NCBI RefSeq assembly: GCF_963921235.1 | Contig: NC_086097.1 | Location: 102,054,001 to 102,118,000, forward strand | Direction: 5' to 3' | Length of the DNA: 64,000 nt | Origin: Mobula hypostoma | Taxonomy: Eukaryota | Part shown: piece after piece, positions 13,033-26,234 of the stretch | Position numbering within the stretch: position 1 is the stretch's first letter | Layout of the letters: each line of letters starts with the position of its first letter | Notes under the pieces: model-generated | What the model was told of the DNA's origin: nothing | The model's database searches: none | The model's input: the letters and a program-made list of their open reading frames with translations, nothing else | Translations under genes and position numbers: made by a program

Positions 13033-13924
13033 TGTTACGTACCCCGTAACTGGGTTGTCAAACCAACAGAAATGGACCACTCAGTTGGAGTCTGGATTAC
13101 TGGAACTAAGAAAGTTTTATTAAAGAAATAAGCAACACAGTACTCTAATAGTAAGGATATAAATGCAACAGGTTAGCAATGAATAAACACACATGTACAC
13201 AGAACTAGGATAATAGGGTCAATCAGCTCTATCGCAGTCTAGGGATAAAATGTTCAATCACAAGTGACAGAGTTCAGTTTAGTTCAGTTCGCAGTAATCG
13301 CCGTCGTGCCGTTGGAGAGAGGGAGAGAAAACGAATGAATATACAAATCGGATTCCAAACAGACCTTCGATATTCCTCGCAGTTAGCTTTCGGGCGAGCC
13401 CTTTGTAATGTCTTCTGAGGTCACCGACTGTGACCCCTCCGTTCCAGACACGATCGTTCTTCAGCGGTGAACCCGACACCCAGGCAAGGGCGGACACACA
13501 CCAGGTTCCCGCCAACCATATCTTTCCACCCTGTGCGTCTATGGCTGGCCCCGCGACCAGACCTCCAAAACTCGCACCGACTTGCGGGGGCGCACCTCTT
13601 CCAGGGTCTCGTTATCTCGTGGTGTCGTGTGTGTTGTCTTAGCGAACCTGCCCGTTTTTATCCCCCTGCTGGGGTATCGCCTGTCCATCACACTTCAAAC
13701 AGTTCAGGGTTCAAAAGGAGCCAGTCTTGACAGTATTCAGACCGGTGTCTCCTTCCGTTAAACTCTCTCGTCTCTTCATTAACATTTCCAAATGCTACTC
13801 CATTGTCTTACTTATCTCTCTCTCCTGAAGACAGGTGGCAGATCAACTGTTGATCCCACTGGTGCTAGCACAGGACAGTTAACATCTTAGTCTATGTGTA
13901 CTTTTGTAACCCTCTTTCGTCACA
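13033..13924 (-). mobile_element. Solo LTR, 892 bp
   Basis: Termini TGTTACG...CGTCACA. 4-bp TSD CTTG at 13029-13032 and 13925-13928. AATAAA and a TATA-like GATAAAA on the minus strand. CpG-rich. Confidence 0.88.
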
Positions 13925-14959
13925 CTTGTCATCACCATCTGAAATTCTGTTAATAATAGTTGTGTCATTGGAAAATTTATAGATGTGGTTTGAGCTGTGC
14001 GTAGCCACACAGTCATGAGTGTAGAGAGTAGAGCAGTCTGCTAAATGTTTAACCTTGATGTGCACTAGTGTTGGTTGTCAGTGAGTTGTTATTTCTGATC
14101 CACCTTGACTGTGGTCTCCCAATGAGGAAATCGAGGGTCCAGATGCAGATGGAGGTACAGAGGCCCAGGTTTTGGAGCTTGTTAATTAGGACTAAAGGTA
14201 TGATGGTGTTGAATGCTTAGCTGTAAACAATAAACAGCAGCCTGACTTGGGTATTACTACTGCCCAGGTGATCCAAGTCCAAGTGAGAGCCAGTGCAATT
14301 GCATCCACAGTAGACCTATTGTGGCAATATGCAAATTGCAATGGGTCGAGATCCTTCCTTGGACAGGAGTTGATTCTGGCCATGCCCAGCTTCTCAGACC
14401 ACTGACTTCACAGTAGATGTGAGTGCAAGTGGGCAATGGTCATTGAAACACCTCATCCAGCTCTTCTTTGACACGGGTATAATTGTTGCCCTTTTGAATG
14501 GGTGGGAATCTGACTGCAACTGCGAGAGATGGAAGATATCCTTGAAAAATTCCACCAGTTGGTTGGCACAGGTTTTCAGTGCCCTACCAGATGTACCATC
14601 AGGGCCTGATGCCCTGCGAAAGTTCACATTCTTGAAACATGTTCTGATGTCACATTCCGAGACAGAGATCATGGGGTCACCAGATGCTGCAAGAATTCGC
14701 AGAAGTGTAGTTTTATTCTCTCTTTTAAAGCATGCATAAAAGGTGTTGAGCTCATTTGGGAGTGAAGCATCACAGCCATTCATGATGTTAGACTTCGTCT
14801 TGTAGGAAGTAGTAGCCTGCAAACCCTGCCAGACTTTATGTTCATCTCTAACTTCGATATGAATTTTTTTTTTGCTCTTAAAATAGCCTTCCATAGATCA
14901 TACCTGGGCTTTTTGTATAGCTCTGGATCACCAGTCGTGAATGCCACAGATCTAGTTCT

Positions 14960-15685
14960 TTCTTGTGGGTCTGGGAGCTGGGGTTTTGCAGTCTTTTGCC
15001 AGGGAGAAAAGAGGAGAGAAAACATGCAACAGGAGAAGGTGGAGAAGCTTTCTGCTTATATTTTTCGACTCGAGAGGCAGCTAAATTGCTTGCAGCACAG
15101 AGGGGTCATTCAGGCAGCTGAGGTGGATTAGTTAAGAGTGGACCAGATAGCCAGGGGTGCCCAGTCCCAGGACCTGATTGCTTGGGGTCTCCAACAGTCT
15201 CGTAAGACACGCCCGCCCTTCCATCTTTTGTTGAAGCTACCGGGTACTCACCATACTATCTGATGTTTGGGCGCAAGGCCAGGTTGCCCATTGACCTTTG
15301 TTTTGGGACTGACGAGGGCAACTTACCACCAAAGACTTATCTGAAGTCGTGTCTGAACCTGAAGAGTTAGGTGAGGGGGTGCAGAGGTTTCAGAGAATTA
15401 GGATAGGCTGGCCTATGTAGCACCGGGGGAACAGAGTGTGACCCCTAGTGTATTGGGGAGCTATGTCACTGCCTTTCACACCTGGATTAGACTTTGTGTT
15501 TTGCAAGAAGGGCGGCGTTTCAATTCTGGTGGGGACCAACACCCCTCTTGTGAGGAGGTTCGTGAAGGCCTGCAAGCTCCATTATTGAGACAATGGCTTT
15601 GGTTGGAGTTGCAGAACCAGATTCTGTACCGGGTCATGTCACCCCCAGACTGAGGGTGCCAGTCCCTCAGAGCGGCCATTACGTT
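14960..15685 (+). mobile_element. Rearranged Gypsy-type remnant (LTR pieces plus a short integrase fragment)
   Basis: About 15230-15355 reads ATGYSPYYLMFGRKARLPIDLCFG (integrase C-terminal motif); the flanks are LTR-like. Confidence 0.6.
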
Positions 15686-15709
15686 AGCAGTGAAACCTTA
15701 CAGCACGTT

Positions 15710-16184
15710 ACACGAGGATGATTCTGGAAATGAAGGGGTTAACAAATGAGTGTTTAACAGCTTTGGGCCTGTAATCACTGGAATTTAGAAGAATGTGGAG
15801 AGATCTCATTGAAACCTACTGAATGTTGAACGGACTAGATAGAATGGATGTGGAGAGGATGTTTCTTCTAGTGGGGGTATCCAGAACTAGAGGGCACAGC
15901 CTCAAAATTGAGGGTTGACCTTTTAGAACAGAGGTAAGGAGGAATTGTTTTAGCCAGAGAGTGGTGAATCTGTGGAATGCTCTGCCACAGACTGCGATGG
16001 ATGCCAAGTCTGTGGGTATATTTAAGGCAGAAGTTGATCGTTTCTGATCAGTCACAGCATCAAAGGAAATGCTGTGAAGGCAGGTGTATGGAGTTGACTG
16101 GGATCTGGGATCAGCCATAATATAATGGTGGAGCAGACTTGATGGGCTGAATGGCCTAATTTTGCTTCCATGTCTTTTGGTCTT
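15710..16184 (+). mobile_element. CR1 3' fragment
   Basis: ctggaatttagaaga...gtggtgaatctgtggaatgctctgccacag followed by the CR1 3' hairpin and tail. Confidence 0.85.
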
Positions 16185-17329
16185 AAAGCAGTCTTGTAAG
16201 AGCACCTCCTCTTCTCTTGACCATTCCACCTTGTTCATCACCACTGGTGCTGTGGTCTTTAGTCTTTGCCTATACACCAGGAGCAGAAATACAGCCAGGT
16301 GGTAGCTCTTTCCAAAGTATGCTCGTGGGATGCCACTGTAAGCATTCATGACGGTGGTATAATGGTGGTCAAGTGTGTTGGCTCCTCTGGTTCCACAGGC
16401 AATATGTTGGTGGTTCAGAGACTTCTTCAAGCTGGCCTGGTTGAAATTCCCTGTAATAATATGGAAAGCATCTGGCTGTGCAGATTTGTGACTGCTGATC
16501 ACGGTGCTCAGCTCCTCCAGTGCCTGCCAGGTGTTAAATTGAGGTGGAATGTACACCACTACCCGGCTGATGGTGGAAAATGCCCTCAGCAGATAAAATG
16601 GATGAAATTTCAGCAAGATATTCCTGGTCAGCTGGTCAGGACCGAGATAGAACTGCCATGTCTGTGCACCGTGGTGAGTTGATCATAAAGTATACTCCTT
16701 AAAAAGACTGAGTTGTCCTGCCTTTGCAGAGAATGGTGAAGTCATTTTCAGCACTGCATCCAAAATGGCAGGGGTGAACCGTGTTTCCATAAATCAGTGT
16801 ACACAGCAGTCCCTGATGTCCATCTGGTACTGTATTCTTGTTCTGAGGTCTTCAAATTTAGACTGTACATTCACCAGCAAGACAGTTGGGATTAGAGGAA
16901 AAGGAGAGGAGGGGCTGCATCAAAAGCCTCTTGTTTCAATTGCACCTATAGACCGGCTTGGCTTCCATGCTTTCTTAAAGGGGAACTGCACTCACAACAT
17001 GAGTCTGCAGTCTGGGACCTTCTGGATTTGAGTATCGATAGATGTTTTTAAATGTTTTGAAACAATCTGCTTACTGAAGTATGACTGTAACTGTGGATCT
17101 CAACTGTAGTAGTCCTGAATGGGGATATTTGACGATTCTCATCGGAGCTGCACGCAGAGTCGCCACTTGTTGATGCCATCAGGGATAAATTAGGTTAAAG
17201 ACTACAGTGCCATATGGAGCAGAAAGGTCTCCAGTTCAGTTTGTGAGCTTGTTGATTTTTGATAAGGTAGCAGAATCCGCCAACCCCGGATTCAGGACGG
17301 CACCCGCTGACTGACTGAGCAGGAACATT

Positions 17330-18655
17330 TGTCATAGACTCATAGAAGAGTACAGCACAGAAGCAGGCCCATTGACCCATCTAATCAATGCCAAACCATT
17401 TAAGCTGCCTACATCCATTGACCTGCACCGGTACCATAGCCCTCCATACTCCTACCATCCATGTACCTATCCAAATTTCGCTTAAAACGTTGAAATCGAG
17501 TTCGTTTGCACCACTTGTGCTGGCAGCTCTCACAGCCCTCTGAGTGAAGAAGTTTCCCATGATATTCCCTTTAAATTTTTTAATCTTTCATCCTTAATCC
17601 ATGACCTCCAGTTGTTGGCCCACCCAACCTCAGCGTAAAAAGCTTACTTGTATTTACCCTATCTGTACCCTCAAAATTTTGTATACCTCTATCAAATCTC
17701 CTCTCAATCTTCCAAGGAATAAAGTCCCAACATATTCAATCTTTCTTTATAACTCAGGTCCTCCGGACTCGACAACATCCTTGTAATTTTTCTCTGTACT
17801 CTTTCAACTTTATTTACATCTTTCTTCTAGGTAGGTGACCAAAACTACACACAATACCCCAAATTAGGCTTCACCTATCCCATCTCCTGTATTCTGTACT
17901 TTGATTTATGAAGGCCAATGTGTCAAAAGCTTTCTTTACAAACCTATCTACCTGTGACACCACTTTCAATGAATTATGGACCTGCATTCTACCTTTGTTC
18001 TACCACACTCCTAAGTGCCCAACCATTCACTCTGTAAGACCTACCCTGGTTGGTAGTACCGAAGTGCAAAACCTCGTACTTGTCTGGATTAAATTCCATC
18101 TTCCATTTCTCATCCCATTTTGCCAACTGATCCAGATCCCATTGCAAGCTATTGTAGCCTTCCTCGCTGTCCACTACACCCCCAGGCTTGGTGCCATCCA
18201 CAAGTTTGCTGACCCAGTTAACCACATTATCATCCAGATCATTGATATAGATTACAAACAACAATGGACCCAGCACTGATCCCTGTGGCACTCCACTAGA
18301 CACATCTCCAGTCAGAGGGAATCATCTATTACCACTCTTTGGTTTCTTGCGACTGAAACTTCTTGACCAACCTCCCATGTAGGACCTTGTCAGATGCCTT
18401 GTTAAAGTCCCCATAGACAGCATCCACTGCCTTGTCTTCATCGACTTTCTTAGTAGCTTCCTTGGAAAAACGCAATAAGATTGGTTAAACACGACCTACC
18501 ACACACAAAGCCATGCCGACTCTTCTTAGATCAGTCCCTGTCTATCCAAATTCTCATATATCTGGTCCCTTAGAATATCTTCCAATAATTTTCCCACTGC
18601 TGATACCATTCTCACCAGCCTATAATTTCCTGGTTTATTTTTAGAGCTTTTCCCA
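17330..18655 (-). mobile_element. CR1 RT and 3' fragment
   Basis: ORFs 17989..18303 ([22 protein letters not shown]) and 18526..18753 (PGNYRLV). Confidence 0.88.
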
Positions 18656-18828
18656 CCATGAGATAGACTGGAAAATCTAGAGTCCCTTGGACAACATCGG
18701 TGTCGTGGAGAGGGGAGACTTGCAGCATGGGCAACTGCCGGTCTCCCATACAACCTTACCCAGACCTGCGCCCTGGAGACCTTCCAAGGCGCAAATCCAT
18801 AGTCTCACGAGACTAACGGATGCCTATA
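18656..18828 (+). mobile_element. SINE-like fragment with an RTE-type 3' tail
   Basis: Ends atccatagtctcacgagactaacggatgcctat, resembling RTE-clade 3' ends. Confidence 0.5.
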
Positions 18829-18910
18829 TGACGACACAGCACATAATGATGATGTCATATGACACACCACACAATGATGTCATACGTCACAGCACACAAT
18901 GATGTCATAA
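18828..18910. repeat. About 3 imperfect ~26-bp tandem units (cacagcacacaatgatgtcata)
   Basis: atgatgtcata occurs three times, each preceded by caca(g/c)caca. Confidence 0.7.
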
Positions 18911-18984
18911 AGTAAGAGGTGCTCGGTATTCTTATTCTTAGTGGGAGGTCCTACCTCAATCTCAGAAACCCCATATATTAAAAT

Positions 18985-19590
18985 CCAAGCCAATGTGTCC
19001 TCGATTCTCGGGACCGTACACTGGTCGGGGACTGTACGACTGTTCAGAGTTCGATAGTCCACACACTTTCCGTACCTTCCATTCTTCTTCCTGGCCACCA
19101 CTATTGGAGACACATAGGGGCTTCTGGACTCAGTGATGATCCCAGCTTCCTTCAGCTTCCACAGATGCTGCCAAACATCCTCCACCTCTGCAGGTGACAG
19201 TCGCCATGACCTTTCTCTGTCACCTGGATGGTGTGGCAAGTGCTCTTGGAACAACCCACATCAAACTTGTCAGTAGAAAAGACACCTCCCAGCTTCAACA
19301 TTTTCTCTATCAACCTCTTCTTCCAACCTCCAGGTACTGGGGAGTCCCCAAAGTTGAATGACTCAGCAGTCAACTTTCCCTTTTTCAGAGAGAGTTTCTC
19401 CCTGCCTTGTCTCACAAGGATATTAGACATTACTGGCACTGGAAAGAGATACACCATTGGCATTTGCTGCTTGACCCTGAGGGTGACCTCTCTCTCCGAG
19501 GTATTCCTGACAATCAATGTCATCCTGTTCACCTGTACAACTGAGATGTTGACATCCATTGCATTACTTTCATGGACTTTCCCTGTCAAA
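18985..19590 (-). mobile_element. Gypsy pol fragment, inverted relative of 20320-20875
   Basis: ORFs 18880..19254 (ESRSPYVSPIVVARKKNG..CVDYRTLN) and 19152..19589. Confidence 0.85.
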
Positions 19591-19984
19591 ACACTTAGTT
19601 AGTGAAACCTAGTTTGCCTCTAAAAATCCAATGATAGCTCTCCTTTATTCAGATTTCTGAAGGTTACTATTAGTAATTTTTATTGATTACCATTTTAAAA
19701 GTGATTCTTTACCACTCAGGTTATGTTGGCCAACCCATGGATCCAGATTTTCCTCGGACTTCCTTCTGGGCAAGGATGTAATATTTTCACATTCCTCTAT
19801 CCACTGCTATGCCAAAAAGCACGTTCCTAGCCTTCTTGCAATTCTCTTCTGAATCTCTCAGTAGCCTAGGAGGCACTTCCATCCTTCGGTCAGCTGTTCC
19901 AGTACTACTTTCTTGTCAAGTTTTTATCACATCCAATACTTTAAAAAAAAATTTGCACTACTTATTTCATTAAAATAAACCCTA

Positions 19985-22215
19985 TTGTGACAGTAATACT
20001 CCTATTGTAAGTGGGAGGGCAGTAGGAGCCTGAAAGGAGAAAGTTGGAGAGATTTCTGAAAGCAATGCCCTGTGTCCCAAGCTGCTTTTGAGGAAGTGCA
20101 TGGCCACACTGGGCTGGATGATGAGCATAAACAAGGGATGGTGTGATACACCCAGTCCAAACCAGTCGTGTTACAGCCTGGGGAAGTAGCTAGAGTGACA
20201 GGAAGCCCCAAATTTCCCAGAATGCCTGATGCCGAGGTCCTCAGTGGATGTTTTGGAAGACCATGAAGAGGAATCATGCTTACCTGCTATGGTACTGGTG
20301 AGGCCCGAACAGCCAAAGCTCTCGGTTGTACAGGTGAACAGGATGACATTGATTGTCAGGAATACCTCAGAGAGGGAAGTCACCCTCAGGGTCAGGCGGT
20401 ATCTCTTTCCAGTGCCAATAATGTCTAGTGTCCCTGTGAGACAAGCCAGGGAGAATCTGTCTCCATAAAAGGGAAAGTTGACTGCCAAGTCATTCAAATT
20501 TGGGGACCCCCCAGTACCTGGAGGTTGGAAGAGGAGGTTAATAGAGAAAATGTTGAAGATGGGAAGTGTCTTTTCTACTGACAAGTTTGATGTGAGTTGT
20601 TCCAAGAGCACTCGCCACACCATCCGGATGACAGAGGACATCCTGTTCAGAGAAAGGTCATGGCAACTGTCACCTGAAGAGGTGGAGGATGTTTGGCAGC
20701 ATCTGTGGAAGCAGAAGGACTCATCGCTGAATCCAGAAGCCTCTATGTGTCTCCAATAGTGGTGGCCAGGAAGAAGAATGGGAGGGTACAGATGTGTGTG
20801 GACTATCGAACTCCGAACAATTGTACAGTCCCCGACCAGTATACGGTCCCGAGAATCAAGGACACATTGGCTTGCCTGAGTGGTGCGAAGTAGTTCAGTG
20901 TGCTGGACTTGAAGTGTGGGTATTATCAGATACCTATGAGTGAGGCTGACAAAGAGGAGATGGCATTCACATGTCCAGTGGGATTCTTCCACTTTGAAAT
21001 GATGCCCCAGGGCATATCGGGAGCCCTGGTGACTTTCCAGTGTGTCATGGAGAAAACAGTGGGGAATATGAACTTGCTTGAGATGTTCGTTTACCTGGAT
21101 GATCTCATAGTGTTCAGTTCCACATTGGAGGAACATGAAGTGAGGCTACTGAAGGTGCTGGGCTGCCTGAAAGCTGAAGGGTTAAAACTTTCCCTGGATA
21201 TGGGCCAGTTCTGCCAAACATCTGTTAGCTACATTGGGCACACAGTCTCACGGATGGAGTAGTTACAGATCCGTCTAAGATAGAGGCAGTGATCAGATAA
21301 CCAAGGCCCCAGACTGTGAGCTGCCTGCGCTTGTTCCTGGGGTTCTGTGGGTGCTATCAGAGGTTCAAGTGAATCACCCTTTAAATCAGCTTCTGTGTGG
21401 TTACCCTCCCATGGGGAAGAAAGGGAGGCGGGTGAAAGGAGAGGATGGTGAAGATTACCTTAGCTCTTCAGAGCATTTTGTACAAAGATGGGATGCAAAA
21501 TGTGAAGAGGCCTTTCAGTTGCTGAAGGAGGTACTGATGAAAGCACCTGTGCTGGTTTTTGCCGACCCCTGATTGCTATATGCACTGCATACAGATGCCA
21601 GCAGGGAGGGCTTAGGGGGTGTTCTGTATGAGGATCAGGGCACAGGGTTGAGACCTGTAGCGTTTGTCACCCTCTGAGCAAAACAACCCCACACACAAGT
21701 TGGAGTTCCTGGCATTGAAGTGGGCTGTGGTGGATAAGCTAAGTGACTATCTATATGGTGCCAAGTACAAGGTGAGGACTGACAACAACCCATTAACTTA
21801 TTTCCTGACTTCGGTAAAATTGGATGCCACTGGCCATCAGTGGTTGGCAGCGTTGTTTGCCCATGATTTCAGCCTGAAGTACCAGCCAGGGCGTTGGAAC
21901 TTTGATGTTGATGCATTGTCCTGATACGTGCCAGTTTTCCATCATGGGGAAGGCAAAGGAAAGGCAGGGCAGAATCAAGCAGTAGGTCATTTGGGAGCTT
22001 CTGATGGTGCCATTCCACAAGCTTACTGTCACCTGAGTGCTCTGAAAACAAAGCAGTTGCCGGATTTGAGTTCTGGGGAAGTGGCCACCACTCAGTGAGG
22101 TGACCTGTGCATAGATACCGTTTGGTCAGCGATTGCAAAAGGGGACATGGCCCAAGCAGACAAGGTGCAACACTTTACGGTGTCTCTGCTACTGAGAGAA
22201 TGGCCCAGATTCTAT
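19985..22215 (+). mobile_element. Degenerate Ty3/Gypsy pol (RT-RNase H)
   Basis: SPIVVARKKNGRVQMCVDYR, LDLKCGYYQI, VYLDDLIVFS, KLEFLALKWAV, VRTDNNPL. Many stops and frameshifts. Confidence 0.92.
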
Positions 22216-22949
22216 GGTGGGTCAGCATTTTTTTCCTCTATTATTGTGTATTTCATTGTACTGCTGTTGCATGGACAACAAATTTCACAACATATGCCGG
22301 AGAAATTAAACCGGATTCTGATTCTGATCTACTTCTCCACTTTTGCTGAGATGTTGGTACTGTCCTCTGCCTGGTGATTAATAGATTCCAAATACTAATA
22401 TGTGTTTCAGCCATGATCTCTGGCTCCATGCATAGATTCCTATTTTAATCTTTATTTAGCCCAGCCCTCTTACTATCCATTTTTGTTAGTATAGAAGACA
22501 TTGAGGTTTCTCTTGTTAACTTCAACACTCTAAAAGTCGAAGTCAGATTTATTGTCATATGCTCAAGTACTTGCAGCTGCATTCCAGGTACATAGCATCA
22601 TACAAGCAGCATTCATAAGAAAAAGATAAAATAAGCATAAATTATACAGAATTTTTACATGAAAGGATATAATTAGAACAAAAATGTCAATTTTGTGCAG
22701 TGTTCAAAGTAGTAATGCTAAATTGTAGTGATTAAGGCTATGGCAGTTGGTCAGGAATCAAATGTTTGCAGAGAAGTAGTTGGTTCTTAAACTTGGTGGT
22801 GTGAGATTTAATTCTCTGTACCTCCTACCTGATGGTATCTGCAAGAAAAGAAGATGGCTCAGAGTCATCTTCTTTCTCTCTGACCTTTTATTAACTTTTC
22901 CACTTTGTTTTCTATATTTAGCCTGGTGTCTCCATTTGTATTATAAGAC

Positions 22950-23395
22950 CTTAAGATACAGGAGCATAATTAGGCCATTTGGCCCATTGAGTCTGCTCTG
23001 CCATTCCATCATGATGATCCATTTTTCCTCTCGGCCTCAATCTCCTGCTTTCTCGCCTCAAACAATCAAGAATCTATCAACTTCTGCCTTAAATATACCT
23101 AATGACTGGACCTCCACAGCTGTATGTGGAAACAAATTCCATAGGTCCACCACTCTGGCTAAAGAATTTCGTCCTCATCTCCTTTCTAAAAAGATGCCCT
23201 TCTATTTTGAGGCTGTGTCCTCTGATCATAGACTCTCCCACCATAGGAAATATCCTCTCCACATCCACTCTGTCAAGACTTTTCAACATTCAATAGGTTT
23301 CAATTAGCCCACCCCTCATTCTTCTGAATTCTAGTGAATACAGGCCCAGAGCCATCAAACACTCTTCATATGACGAGCGATTCAATCCTGGACAA
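22950..23395 (-). mobile_element. CR1 3' fragment
   Basis: ORF 23089..23289 reads LDRVDVERIFPMVGESMIRGHSLKIEG. Confidence 0.85.
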
Positions 23396-24318
23396 TCTGG
23401 CAATAAAAACCTATCTTTGACCTCTGATGTTTCAGTCTGATGCCATTCAATGGTGTACATGTTCTTTCTTTAGTATTATCTACTGCTCCTATTCCTTTGT
23501 CCATCTTCTACTTATTGCTAATACTGTATGCTGATGCTTTAGACATCTGCTATGAATGTAAAACAGTCATTGGAACATAACGGTGCAGTAAACGTAGGTA
23601 TCAGAATCAAACTTAATTTCAAAAATAAAATCTTTTTTTAATTTTTGGAATATTAGTCTGAAGACAAATAAAGTAACCCAAACAAAATTAGTAGTTTAGA
23701 GCCAGCAAGATACTACCAATTCCAAATTGCCATTAATTTTGCTTTAGTGGATCTATATATATCATACACAAAGCATAATATTTTCAGGCTAATCTACTCT
23801 GAGAAAAGTTTGGAAATACCTGAAGTTGTCATCAGATCACTAATATCCAGAAGCAACATTGGAGCAAATTGCAAACTGTAGCTAGTGGAGCAGTAAGAAA
23901 TTCCAGACTGCAGCTTCAGATTTTCATGTAGGAGACCTTCAGTTTTGTAGAGTGAGTGAGAAAGATTAATACTGCCTGTTTCACAAATGTTACAGCCGCA
24001 AAGTCTACGTCATTTAAATAACAGCACAGCTTCATTCCTGTTCCAAATTTATAAAAGGAATGTCTTATCAATGATAAGAAGAGTCCATAATAATGGGCAT
24101 TTCATTCATTGGATTTTTATTGTATTTATTTAGTTAATATATGAATCATTTAATCTGTCTAGTGGTATCTCTAACTTAAATTCATCTGAGAACGGTTCTT
24201 GGTTACATCTAAATTGCCCATCTCACAATTAAGGGAATACAAATTTAGCATATTCAGTAAACACTTGAAAGATTCAGCAGGCCAGACAACACTTGTGGAG
24301 CAAGAAACAGAATAATGT

Positions 24319-24510
24319 AAACACGAGGAATTCTGCAGATGCTGGAAATACAAGCAACACACATCAAAATTGCTGGTGAACGCAGCAGGCCAGGCAGCAT
24401 CTCTAGGAAGAGGTACAGTTGATGTTTCGGGCTGAGACCCTTGTCAACTGTACCTCTTCCTAGAGACGCTGCCTGGCCTGCTGCGTTCACCAGCAACTTT
24501 GATGTGTGTT
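24319..24510. mobile_element. Penelope-tail fold-back insertion (67-bp inverted arms) with a 13-bp TSD
   Basis: Arms 24356-24422 and 24444-24510 differ at 2 positions. AACAGAATAATGT at 24306-24318 and 24511-24523. Confidence 0.85.
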
Positions 24511-24689
24511 AACAGAATAATGTTTCAGGTCAATGATCTTTCATCAGAACTGGAAAAAGTTGGAAAGCAATATACTTAATTTACAGGTGGAAGTGATTTG
24601 CAAAAGGAATGTTTGAAATTGGATGGAGATTGGGTGACTGAAATGGTGGTAGAGCAGAGGGGAGAGAAGGTTATTCATTACTATCTATG

Positions 24690-25200
24690 TAACTCTCTCG
24701 CTCTCGAGATTGTTGCGAATTCTCAGATCACAGAACTTTGCAGGGTGGGGAAGGAGAGGAGAGGGGGAGCGGTGCGACAGACTTACAATACCATAAATCA
24801 GCGTGTTGTTTTGTTATGGCCTTCCGCCTCGCTGTGAAAAGGGACACCTTTTTTTCCCTCTATTAGAGAGAGAGCCTGTGGCAGGTCGAATTGTTGGGTG
24901 AACAACTAGTTTTTGTCGTACTCCTTATCATGGTCTTTATGGGGGGGGGCCTTGCTATTGCTCGTTTGGTGATTAGAGGGTGCTGATGCTTTTTTGTGAA
25001 AATGGGTGGAAGTAGGGGAGGATTGTTGCTTTGCTGCTTGTGTGTGGGGGGGAGTTGGAGGGGGCTTTGGGGTCTAATGTTCTAACTGTCTTTCATTCTT
25101 TGGGGAACTCCAGTTTTCATGGATGTCTGGGAAGAAAAAGAATATCAGGATGTATATTGTATATATTTCTCTGATATTAAATGGAACTATTGAATCTATT
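24690..25200 (+). mobile_element. Non-coding retroposon with a Rex1-type 3' tail
   Basis: Ends ggatgtctg..aagaatatcaggatgtatattgtata..attaaatggaactattgaatctatt. No LINE ORF. Confidence 0.45.
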
Positions 25201-25737
25201 TTCATAATTTAAACCTCTCCATTTTGATACCAGTCTAATGACTGCACAGCAACCCCTTACAAAACCAATATATCAGAAACATGGTGTCCAGAACTAGAAG
25301 TTGTGCTCCGGATGTTTACCAAACAAATTTTTATTAACATATTTCCATGCGTGGTAACCCAGTCCCCTGAGAAAAAGAACAATATTTAATTCTTCTCTAG
25401 ATTTCTCACCCTAAAACTCTGCATTTCCTTCTTTCTTACTTTCCTTCCTTCTTTTGATGCTCATCTTGTAAAGATGGTTACTTTGTTTATATTAATTTTC
25501 TTTTGTACCTGTCCACTAGCTTTTAGCTATTCTTAAATGTACCTTGCCTTGTGGATTAACTTCAATATTCTGCCAGCTTGCCTATTTTCCTATTTAACTT
25601 TCAAATCCTTTTGCACTGCTAGACTCCACAGGAATGAAATAATTGTTATTTGATCATTAAATGCTGGTACAAAGAAACGAGTGAAGCTTCCTAGCATTAT
25701 GTACATTTGCTGTTGTAATCAGTTTGACTTTCTGCAG

Positions 25738-25864
25738 GAGGCAGTCGGGGAGACATTGGAAGAATTGTGGATATCATATAATTTAATAGAGAAGCTTAAA
25801 GGAATTCATGCTATGAAGCAGCTACAAGTACTATACATGTCGAACAACCTAGTGAAGGATTGGG
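25738..25864 (+). CDS. DNAL1: DNAL1 internal coding exon, 127 nt ([42 protein letters not shown])
   Basis: Lies within ORF 25681..25935. ttctgcAG acceptor, GTacgt donor at 25865. Strong match to DNAL1 [24 protein letters not shown]. Phase 0 in, phase 1 out. Confidence 0.97.
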
Positions 25865-26234
25865 GTACGTTCCATGTCTTTTTTTTTAAGAAAAACTTGC
25901 ATTTCTTCAGAGCATATAATAACATCAAAACATAAAAATGCTTTATCATCAATGAAATATTTTTGAAATACAGCCTCTGTTCTCATGCAAGAAGCAGGAT
26001 GACCGATTTGTGTTTGATGTGATTCAACACTCATGGTTGAGGAATAAATATTGGTCAGTATAGCAGCAAAAACTCACCTAGCGCCCTTCAAAATAGTGTA
26101 AGTTAGTCCTTTATGGGAATATTTGCACTTCACCAGCAAACAATACTGTTTCTTTGGCCCTTAAAGCTATGATTGAGTCTTCCGTACAAAAGTTACTTCT
26201 TAGAAATACCACACAGTAACAGGCCATTCTGATC

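Larger units (their letters stand above)
12230..17325 (-). mobile_element. Long degenerate Rex1/Babar LINE interrupted by a solo LTR, a Gypsy remnant and a CR1
   Basis: Collinear 3' tail (about 12230), RT (ORFs 14192..14383, 14394..14894) and endonuclease (ORF 15816..16616: VVVYIPP, TGNFN, TRGANTLDH). 5' boundary approximate. Confidence 0.75.

Noticed and set aside
19985..22215. Domesticated Gypsy-derived gene
   Set aside because: Numerous stops and frameshifts; a neutrally decaying element. The same applies to 40110-42425.
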